Assembly: GCA_018666555.1 (NCBI GenBank)
Contig: JABIZD010000017.1
Span: 33,022-97,021, forward strand
Direction of reading: 5' to 3'
Source: Gammaproteobacteria bacterium
GTDB taxonomy: Bacteria > Pseudomonadota > Gammaproteobacteria > Pseudomonadales > Azotimanducaceae
Length of the DNA stretch: 64,000 bases
The notes under the pieces were generated by a model that saw nothing but the letters and a program-made list of their open reading frames with translations, was not told the origin of the DNA and did no database searches. A program made the position numbers and the translations under genes. The first letter of the stretch is position 1, and every line of letters starts with the position of its first letter. This document shows, piece by piece, positions 57,132 through 64,000 of the stretch.

Positions 57132-57983
57132 ATGACAGGGCTAATTACAGGACCAAATTGGGCTGCACGAAATTGGTCAATAGATGCAGGAGCGGGAAGT
57201 ATTCATGATGATGAAACCGCTGCCGAGCTTGGCTTTAGAGGAGGTACAGTGGCTGGGGATATTCACATGAATCAATTCCCGCCGGTACTGGTTGAGATCT
57301 TTGGTGAGCAGTGGTTTGAAACAGGTAATCTGTCGCTGAATTTCAAAAACGCGACAGTTGATCTTGAAACAGTGCAGGTATTTGCCGAACCTCTCAAGCG
57401 GGGTGAGAATCAAACCCGGGTGTGGATGGAACGTGATGATGGTCTGTTGGTTTGCAGTGGCACAGCGGCTCTGGGTGATCACTCCAGGTCTGAGTTACGT
57501 AATCTCGATTACCGTCCCTGTGACCCTGAAGAGCTCAGGATACTGCGCAAAGTAAAACCCGGGATGAGCCTGGGTAGTTACGATATTGTCGCTACCACGG
57601 ATAAACAATTTGAACGATACGATAAGAAGCTAATTAGTGATCCAATGTCCTGGTACAGGCAGAAATCACCCTGGGGAGGCCCGGTCGCCGCACCTTGTAC
57701 GATTTTGGAGTTCCTGTGGGGTAATGCTATGCAGGGCTTAGGCCCCTTAGTGGAAGAATCAACTGGATTATTTGGGGCCATGGAAATTGGCTACACTCAT
57801 GGGCCTTTCATTATGGGCCGTCGTTACCGCATTGAATGCTCGGTGGTGTGTGTCAGTCAGAGCCCGAAGACTGAGATAGTCTGGTATGACTCTGAGGCCT
57901 TCAGCGAAAGCGGTGAGTTAGTGGCAACCCTTCGTATTCAGTCCCGGGCAATGAAAGCCTCATCACCTTTGTATGATTCCTGA
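57132..57983 (+). CDS. MaoC-like / hotdog-fold protein (putative acyl dehydratase or enoyl-CoA hydratase)
   Basis: 283 aa starting 2 nt after the TetR stop. SIHDDETAAELGFRGGTVAG resembles the MaoC dehydratase H-x-D...A..GF...hG motif. The size fits a double hotdog fold. The context is CoA-ester metabolism. Confidence 0.5.
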   Translation: MTGLITGPNWAARNWSIDAGAGSIHDDETAAELGFRGGTVAGDIHMNQFPPVLVEIFGEQWFETGNLSLNFKNATVDLETVQVFAEPLKRGENQTRVWMERDDGLLVCSGTAALGDHSRSELRNLDYRPCDPEELRILRKVKPGMSLGSYDIVATTDKQFERYDKKLISDPMSWYRQKSPWGGPVAAPCTILEFLWGNAMQGLGPLVEESTGLFGAMEIGYTHGPFIMGRRYRIECSVVCVSQSPKTEIVWYDSEAFSESGELVATLRIQSRAMKASSPLYDS

Positions 57984-58125
57984 TTGTTGAGCACAGCAGT
58001 TAAGGGCTCCACCTGGTTTTATTGGCGGCGGCTGGGTTGGTGTAGGGTAGGTGTTAGCCACGAATATTTTCAGTCCTGCTCAAGTGCTGTTACACTGCGC
58101 TCTACTGAGAAGTGAGACCGGTATT

Positions 58126-58719
58126 ATGTCCGTTCAATTCGTAGCATCCTGTCAACTACCCACTCGTTATGGGGAGTTTGTCATGCACGGATTTGAGGAT
58201 CCTGATACCGGGCAGGAACATATTGCCTTGACGCTGGGCGATATAACAGGCGCTTCAGCGGCGCTGTGCCGGGTACATTCGGAGTGTCTGACAGGTGATT
58301 GCCTATTCAGCATGCGTTGCGACTGCGGTGCACAGCTTAATGCTGCGCTGCAGAAAATTTCAGAAGAAGGTGCTGGTATTCTGCTTTACCTTCGTCAGGA
58401 AGGCCGTGGTATTGGTCTGATTAACAAGATCCGCGCTTATCAGCTTCAGGATGCGGGTGCTGATACGGTCGAGGCGAACGAGAAACTCGGTTTTGATGCA
58501 GACTTGCGCGATTATTCTATGTGCAGGAACATGTTCGCCCACCTTCAGGTACAGCAAGTCCGGTTAATGACCAATAACCCTGTCAAGGTCAATGCCTTAA
58601 CGAAGCTGGGCATCATTATCAGCGCCAGGATTCCACTGGAAACGGGCCAGAACGATCACAATGCCCGTTACCTGCAGACTAAAGCAGGCAAACTCGGCCA
58701 TCTGTTTTCGAACAAGTGA
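58126..58719 (+). CDS. ribA: GTP cyclohydrolase II
   Basis: [43 protein letters not shown] and [10 protein letters not shown] are near-identical in pattern to E. coli RibA. I prefer the ATG at 58126. Confidence 0.95.
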   Translation: MSVQFVASCQLPTRYGEFVMHGFEDPDTGQEHIALTLGDITGASAALCRVHSECLTGDCLFSMRCDCGAQLNAALQKISEEGAGILLYLRQEGRGIGLINKIRAYQLQDAGADTVEANEKLGFDADLRDYSMCRNMFAHLQVQQVRLMTNNPVKVNALTKLGIIISARIPLETGQNDHNARYLQTKAGKLGHLFSNK

Positions 58720-58725
58720 TGTGCG

Positions 58726-60609
58726 TTAAGACTGTTGGGGATTGTCTAGAAGTTTGATCCGTTGGCTTATGGATGCGGAAATGCATTCTGCGTCCAGACC
58801 ACAGGCTTGCAGCATTTTCTTTGGATTAGCAGGTTGAATAAATTTATCGGGTATCCCGAGATTAAGCGTATTAGTGCGTAAACCACTTGCAGCAATATAA
58901 TCATTTACCGCTGAGCCTGCGCCTCCTGCGATTACATTTTCCTCAATAGTGACAAGCAATTGGTGGCTTTGAGCCAGATTATCGATCACTTCCTGGTCAA
59001 GTGGCTTAACAAATCGCATGTCAATCAGGGTGGCGTCCAATTCGATGGCGGCTTCTTTTGCTGCTTCCAGGATGGTACCGAAAGCAAGGATAGCCACTTG
59101 CTGACCTGTCCTGATGGTCCTGGATTTTCCGATCGGCAAAAGCTGCATGTCATTTTCTGGTTGGATGCCGATTCCACTGCCCCTTGGATACCGGACCGCC
59201 GCAGGACCGGTATGCTCGAAACCGGTATAAAGCATCTGCCGTAACTCATTTTCATCTGACGGGGCCATAATCATCAAATTAGGGACACAACGCAGGAACG
59301 AATAATCAAATACCCCTGAATGCGTCGGGCCATCTTCGAGAAGACTTGCCCTGTCTATAGCAAATAAGACATTCAGGTCCTGGATAGCCACATCATGAAT
59401 GACTTGATCGTAAGCGCGTTGCAGGAAAGTCGAATAGATCGCCACCACTGGCTTGGCACCAGCACAAGCCAGACCTGCAGCCAAGGTGACTGCATGCTGC
59501 TCGGCAATGGCAACGTCAAAATAGCGTTCTGGGAACTGCTCTGAAAAAGCAATGAGATCAGAGCCTTCGCGCATGGCCGGTGTAATGGCCATGAGAGTGT
59601 CATCGGCGGTCGCCATATCGCATAACCACTGGCCAAAAATGTTTGAGTAGCTCGGCCGCTTGGTATTTGAGCCGGGTAACTTTTCCAGTTTGGCAAGGGA
59701 ATGGGAACCAATGGGTGATTCTTCAGCAGGCCCGTAACCCCGACCTTTCTGAGTTACCAGGTGAAGAAACTGGGGTCCTTGCTGATCCTTAATGTTGTTG
59801 AGGGTATGAACCAGATTTTTGATATCGTGACCGTGGATAGGGCCCATGTAATTCAAGCCCAGCTCATCAAACAGGGTGCCGGGAACAACCATGCCCTTCA
59901 TATGTTCTTCAGTACGCTTGGCAAACTCCAGGGCATTCGGCATGGTACTGAGAAGACGCTTACTTCCCTCGCGCATATTAAGATACAAGCGGCTGCTTAA
60001 AATTCTGGCGAAATAACTGGCAAGCCCGCCCACATTTTCAGAAATCGACATGGCATTGTCATTTAAAATAACCAACAGATTAACACCGGAATCAGCAACA
60101 TGATTGAGTGCTTCAAAGGCCATTCCGGCAGTCATGGCACCATCGCCAATGATAGCGACGGTACGACTGTTATCACCCCTGGCCTTTTTTGCTATCGCCA
60201 TGCCGAGGGCAGCACCAATTGACGTTGATGAATGGCCTACACCGAAAGTATCGTAGACACTTTCTTCCCTGGAAGGGAAAGGCGCCAGCCCGTCTGGTTG
60301 ACGAAGCGAGCCCATTCTGTCGCGTCGGCCGGTTAATATCTTGTGTGGGTAGGTTTGGTGGCCGACATCCCAGACTAGATGATCCTCGGGTGTCTGGAAC
60401 ACATAATGCAAGGCGATGGTGAGTTCGATTACGCCGAGGCCAGCGCCAAAATGCCCACCAGTCTGGGCTACCGTATAGATAAGAAAGTGCCGTAATTCCT
60501 CGGCCAGAGTTTCCAGATCCTGCTCTCCTAACTCCCGTAGGGCAATCGGATCGGTTATCCGATCGAGCAAGGGCGTTGGCGGCGGATGGTCTGGTATTGA
60601 ATGGAACAT
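58726..60609 (-). CDS. dxs: 1-deoxy-D-xylulose-5-phosphate synthase
   Basis: 627 aa. Motifs [32 protein letters not shown] and [15 protein letters not shown]. Lies downstream of ispA, as in the canonical operon. Confidence 0.95.
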   Translation of the reverse strand: MFHSIPDHPPPTPLLDRITDPIALRELGEQDLETLAEELRHFLIYTVAQTGGHFGAGLGVIELTIALHYVFQTPEDHLVWDVGHQTYPHKILTGRRDRMGSLRQPDGLAPFPSREESVYDTFGVGHSSTSIGAALGMAIAKKARGDNSRTVAIIGDGAMTAGMAFEALNHVADSGVNLLVILNDNAMSISENVGGLASYFARILSSRLYLNMREGSKRLLSTMPNALEFAKRTEEHMKGMVVPGTLFDELGLNYMGPIHGHDIKNLVHTLNNIKDQQGPQFLHLVTQKGRGYGPAEESPIGSHSLAKLEKLPGSNTKRPSYSNIFGQWLCDMATADDTLMAITPAMREGSDLIAFSEQFPERYFDVAIAEQHAVTLAAGLACAGAKPVVAIYSTFLQRAYDQVIHDVAIQDLNVLFAIDRASLLEDGPTHSGVFDYSFLRCVPNLMIMAPSDENELRQMLYTGFEHTGPAAVRYPRGSGIGIQPENDMQLLPIGKSRTIRTGQQVAILAFGTILEAAKEAAIELDATLIDMRFVKPLDQEVIDNLAQSHQLLVTIEENVIAGGAGSAVNDYIAASGLRTNTLNLGIPDKFIQPANPKKMLQACGLDAECISASISQRIKLLDNPQQS

Positions 60610-60688
60610 TGCGGCTTAGGCTGCTTAGGTTAATGATCAGAAAACCGCAAGTTTACACGATCTGGACAAAAAGAACGTATGCCAGGGC

Positions 60689-61564
60689 TTAATATTCACG
60701 ACCGGCAACATAGTGGGCTAATTGTCGCAGGCCTTGACCTCGACTACCGAGTCTTTCAATAGTTTTGAGTGCTTCAGTGGTTAGTTGTTCGAGCTTGGTT
60801 TGTGCTGAGGATAGCCCTAGGATAGAGACGAACGTCGATTTTCCCCGATGCCGGTCGGCACCAGCCTGTTTGCCCAGGATTGCAGAGTCGCCGGTTTCGT
60901 CGAGAATATCATCACGGATCTGGAATGCCAGGCCCATGATTTCCCCAAAGTAGCGCAATTGTTCGGTGGTTTCGTTGTCGGCTTTTGCAATGATGCAGGC
61001 AGGTAGCATGCAGAACTCTATAAGAGCGCCTGTTTTGCCGCGATGCATGGTAATCAGTTGCTCTTCAGTGGCGGCTACTGTTTCATGGTGCATATCCAGC
61101 ACCTGGCCTGCGACCATACCTTGCTGTCCTGCTGCCACTGCCAGGGCGTGAATTAACTGGATCCTGTGGGCCGTGCTTAGCATCTCGTCGTCGGCAATAC
61201 TCTGGAATGCACCGGCTTGGAGCGCATCACCGGCTAAAATGGCCAGGGCTTGTCCATACTTAACATGAACTGTAGGTAGTCCTCGACGCAATAAATCATT
61301 GTCCATAGCAGGCAGGTCGTCATGGATCAGGGAGTAAGCGTGCAATAGTTCAACCGCAATAGCGCTGGAGTCAGCAAGGCTAAGATCGACTTCGAGCGCC
61401 TCGCAGGTCAGGTAGACAAAGGCAGCGCGAAGACGTTTGCCTCCGCCAAGCACGGCATAGCCAATGGCTTCTTGTAAATTCGCTGGGGTGCCTGGCTTAT
61501 CCAGGTTGGCAGTGAGCGCTTCTTGAATCCGCTGCTGATAAAGTTTGAGGAACTCATTCATCAT
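60689..61564 (-). CDS. ispA: (2E,6E)-farnesyl diphosphate synthase
   Basis: First aspartate-rich motif LIHDDLPAMDND and second FQIRDDILD. The ATG at 61564 (or 61561) overlaps the xseB stop (61554-61556). Confidence 0.9.
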   Translation of the reverse strand: MMNEFLKLYQQRIQEALTANLDKPGTPANLQEAIGYAVLGGGKRLRAAFVYLTCEALEVDLSLADSSAIAVELLHAYSLIHDDLPAMDNDLLRRGLPTVHVKYGQALAILAGDALQAGAFQSIADDEMLSTAHRIQLIHALAVAAGQQGMVAGQVLDMHHETVAATEEQLITMHRGKTGALIEFCMLPACIIAKADNETTEQLRYFGEIMGLAFQIRDDILDETGDSAILGKQAGADRHRGKSTFVSILGLSSAQTKLEQLTTEALKTIERLGSRGQGLRQLAHYVAGREY

Positions 61565-61793
61565 CGCTAACCGCAAACTCAGAAGTTTGCAGTTGGCCGT
61601 TTTCCTGGACAAGTACTTTTACTTGCTGTTCTGCTTCAACTAGCGCTTTCTGGCAGGATCGGGTCAATTGAATTCCCTGTTCAAATGCCTTAAGTGACTC
61701 CTCCAGTGACATGTCACCTTGTTCCATTCTTTCTACAATGGCTTCGAGCTTTTCAAGGGTCGCTTCGAAAGGAAAACTTTTCTGGTTGGTCAT
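61554..61793 (-). CDS. xseB: Exodeoxyribonuclease VII small subunit
   Basis: 79 aa from the ATG at 61793. FEATLEKLEAIVERMEQGDMSLEESLKAFEQGIQLTRSCQKAL matches the XseB family. Canonical xseB-ispA-dxs order. Confidence 0.9.
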   Translation of the reverse strand: MTNQKSFPFEATLEKLEAIVERMEQGDMSLEESLKAFEQGIQLTRSCQKALVEAEQQVKVLVQENGQLQTSEFAVSDDE

Positions 61794-61910
61794 TCTTATC
61801 GCCTGCTTATCGCCTGGGTTAGTGATATTGTTGAAGATACTCATAGGATTCCTGCAGGTCAATGAAACTGTGATAAGCTGTCCAGAGTCTTGAGTCAGAA
61901 GGAAAAGGTT

Positions 61911-62339
61911 ATGAAGGTTTTTTTGTTAATGATAGCGTGTTTTGTCCCCATGGTTGCCCTTGCAGATGGCGAGGCAGAATATAAATACCGCGAAGGCATA
62001 ATGAATTCGGCGAAGGGCCATATCTCATCGATGGGCGCGATTTTAAAAGGTCAGGTGCACATGGACAATCTGCAGATCCACGCAGATGGCATGGTGGATG
62101 TAGCCGGCATTATGCCGGATGTTTTCCCTGCAGGTAGTCAAACAGCTAAATCAGAAGCTTTAGATGCTGTTTGGGATGATGCCGCTGCATTTAAAGAAGC
62201 CATGGATAAATTTGTTTCAGCTTCCAATGGTATGGCCGCCGCCGCTAAAACTGGCGAGATGGGAGAGATTGGACCTGCTATACAGGCACTCGGTGGAAGC
62301 TGCAAAGGCTGCCATGATGATTTTCGGCAGGAACACTGA
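61911..62339 (+). CDS. Class II cytochrome c (cytochrome c' / c556-like)
   Basis: ATG at 61911 follows AAGGAAAAGG. Signal peptide MKVFLLMIACFVPMVALA. Four-helix-bundle-sized protein with the heme motif CKGCH close to the C-terminus. Confidence 0.85.
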   Translation: MKVFLLMIACFVPMVALADGEAEYKYREGIMNSAKGHISSMGAILKGQVHMDNLQIHADGMVDVAGIMPDVFPAGSQTAKSEALDAVWDDAAAFKEAMDKFVSASNGMAAAAKTGEMGEIGPAIQALGGSCKGCHDDFRQEH

Positions 62340-62365
62340 GTTCACCGATCGCTGGGCTAATCTGG

Positions 62366-63094
62366 TTAGTAAGTAATGACTAGATAGACCACCAAAGCGC
62401 TGCAAGCAAAGGTGACTGCACCGAGGATGATCTCCCGAAACAGCGTCAGCGGGACCTGGATTGCCTTGGCTTTCTTTTTCCCGGTCAGCATGGCTTTAAC
62501 CAGGTTATCCCTGAAATGAAACTGATGCAGGGCGATGGCTAGCAGGTGCATTGTGACCAGGCCAGCCAGTACCCAGATATTAATTTCATGAATGCCAGTC
62601 AGCCATCGACTGGTTTCATAACTGACTTTGCCAGCAAGGGGTCCCTCGGTGAAAATATCGTCGTTGGCAAACAAACCCGTGATAGTCTGGACCAACAGGG
62701 TTATGAGTATTACAAAGATATTCAGAGCGCCTAGTGGGTTGTGTCCAGCTCGCTGATAGGGTTTTTTCAGGGCCGTTGTTAGATGCCTCTTGATTTGAGA
62801 TGGTCCTGGTAGAAACTCCCGGAATTGGGCGTAGTGGGTGCCGATTATTCCCCAAAGGATTCTAAATAAAACCAGGGTGAGAATGCCGTACCCTGACTTC
62901 ATATGCCAGTCCATTTCATAAAAACCACCGGTCAGCCCGGTGTAGCAGGAAACGACAACCAAGCTGATCAGCGACCAGTGAAAAAGCCTGGTTGGAATAT
63001 CCCAGATTCGAACCTCCTGAGGGATTGCTGGCTTGGTTTCTCCGATTTCTCCGGTTTCTTGTTGCGGTTGGTTCTGGTGTGATTCAGTTTGCAT
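62366..63094 (-). CDS. Cytochrome b561 family (CybB / Ni-Fe hydrogenase b-type cytochrome-like) membrane protein
   Basis: 242 aa. Motif WDIPTRLFHWSLISLVV, four hydrophobic spans and conserved His positions. Confidence 0.8.
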   Translation of the reverse strand: MQTESHQNQPQQETGEIGETKPAIPQEVRIWDIPTRLFHWSLISLVVVSCYTGLTGGFYEMDWHMKSGYGILTLVLFRILWGIIGTHYAQFREFLPGPSQIKRHLTTALKKPYQRAGHNPLGALNIFVILITLLVQTITGLFANDDIFTEGPLAGKVSYETSRWLTGIHEINIWVLAGLVTMHLLAIALHQFHFRDNLVKAMLTGKKKAKAIQVPLTLFREIILGAVTFACSALVVYLVITY

Positions 63095-63095
63095 A

Positions 63096-64000
63096 TCAGT
63101 GCTCCGGTTTCCAGGTCAGGGTGTAGTTGAGCCGGTGCTGGCCTGCGCTTAATCGATACTGCTCCAACGTGTCTGGTCCGCAACTGGCACCCCCTACGCC
63201 ACGCTGCATGACATCAAGACAGAGCCAGACATTACCATCTGGAGTTAGCTCATACGTATGGAAGGCAGCGGTTAACGCCTCCTGTGGGTAGCGGGTAACG
63301 GAACCTTCAATCAGCTGGTCAGCGTCCATGCGAAGTAGATTGTGGGCATCATCTCGGAGCTCCAGCCAGTGTAGGTCAGTCAGGTTGCCATGCTCCTGAG
63401 GCAATATGTAAGGAACATATTGGTCTAATACTGTGCTGTTATGTCTTGCAATTAATCCGGACTGCTTGCGGTCGCAATAGGTCTCATGTGGGCCCCTGCC
63501 CAGCCAGCTAAATTGTTCAAACCGGCCGGATAAAGGGTAACGCAACCCTAGTCTCGGCAGGTCAGTCAGTGCCTTGGGTACAGTAAATTGATGGCTGATG
63601 CTGACGCTGCTTGAGCAGTCGATGGTATAAATACACAGGCAGCGGACTTTTCCTGCCTGAGTGATTATATTGCCTGCCTGGGTGACGACAATACTACCAT
63701 CGGTTGATGTTGTAGCTTTGGCTGGGTTCCAGCTTAGCTGTCCTTCAAATAGCCCCTGGGCGCGCCATCGATCAAGTGCTTTATTCTGGTTGCCTGACCA
63801 ACCTTTGATGCCATCGTTGTCCATTGGCGCCCTGACTATATTGATTTCCGCGCCTCCCGCCAACAGCTCCTGGTCATTTTGCAACCAGGATACAAGCCCA
63901 TGGTCAGTGAAAGTGAGTGTCCCATGGCGGTTAGAGACCACCAGGGCTTGTTTGCCTGATTCAAAGCTGGCCCCAGCATGCAGTTTACGGTTGAGTTTAC
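63096..64000 (-). CDS. lacZ: GH2 beta-galactosidase, C-terminal part (gene continues beyond the window end)
   Basis: The reading frame is open from 63941 to the window edge (checked codon by codon). RAPMDNDGI and QRGVGGASCGPDTLEQYRLSAGQHRLNYTLTW parallel the E. coli LacZ domain 5 terminus ([30 protein letters not shown]). Confidence 0.85.
   Translation of the reverse strand, partial: KLNRKLHAGASFESGKQALVVSNRHGTLTFTDHGLVSWLQNDQELLAGGAEINIVRAPMDNDGIKGWSGNQNKALDRWRAQGLFEGQLSWNPAKATTSTDGSIVVTQAGNIITQAGKVRCLCIYTIDCSSSVSISHQFTVPKALTDLPRLGLRYPLSGRFEQFSWLGRGPHETYCDRKQSGLIARHNSTVLDQYVPYILPQEHGNLTDLHWLELRDDAHNLLRMDADQLIEGSVTRYPQEALTAAFHTYELTPDGNVWLCLDVMQRGVGGASCGPDTLEQYRLSAGQHRLNYTLTWKPEH

Noticed and set aside
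57984-58125. Possible FMN riboswitch upstream of ribA.
   Set aside because: I looked for the conserved RFN core (AGGGCAGGGTGAAATTCCC-type and GGATGGGAGAAGA-type segments) and did not find it. The leader is only about 140 nt. An Rfam scan would settle this.
1-64000. Window-wide search for CRISPR arrays, rRNA or tRNA genes, IS elements, integrases, phage genes, toxin-antitoxin pairs and known defence systems.
   Set aside because: I saw no direct-repeat/spacer arrays, no transposase, integrase or reverse-transcriptase-like ORFs, and no long terminal inverted repeats. Short tRNAs and small RNAs cannot be excluded by eye. tRNAscan-SE, Infernal and defence-system HMM scans should be run.

Overview
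This 64-kb window is densely coding and looks like a gammaproteobacterial chromosome. The evidence for that is a canonical xseB-ispA-dxs operon with ribA near the 3' end. I call about 52 protein-coding genes. By eye I recognised no rRNA, tRNA, CRISPR array, transposase, integrase or known defence gene.

Positions 1-58000 are a patchwork of substrate-specific catabolic modules. Each has its own regulator: GntR, LacI, IclR and three TetR.
- A 10-gene + strand cluster (974-12696) is built around HyuA/HyuB hydantoinase-type subunits.
- A TetR-headed - strand operon (12720-18336) contains a single-chain triple-RidA protein.
- Two modules contain two-domain family III CoA-transferases, the architecture known from DddD. 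One is under LacI/IclR control (19593-29830). The other has a TRAP transporter, an acyl-CoA dehydrogenase and a MaoC-like hydratase (49722-57983).
- An acyl-CoA dehydrogenase-TetR-IcmF operon is followed by a Cys-rich DUF5522 protein and a leaderless BtuF-like binding protein (37789-44410).

I found no convincing defence, mobile-element or toxin system. The candidates most worth a second look are:
- the mixed hydantoinase/CoA cluster;
- the triple-RidA fusion;
- the two tandem CoA-transferases with degenerate N-terminal halves;
- an orphan CmcJ/NvfI-like oxygenase with an unrecognised N-terminal region;
- a 12-bp minisatellite made of copies of a gene's stop-codon region;
- a decayed 3' remnant of a metallo-beta-lactamase-fold paralogue.

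All product calls rest on motif and family recognition by eye. No database search was run.
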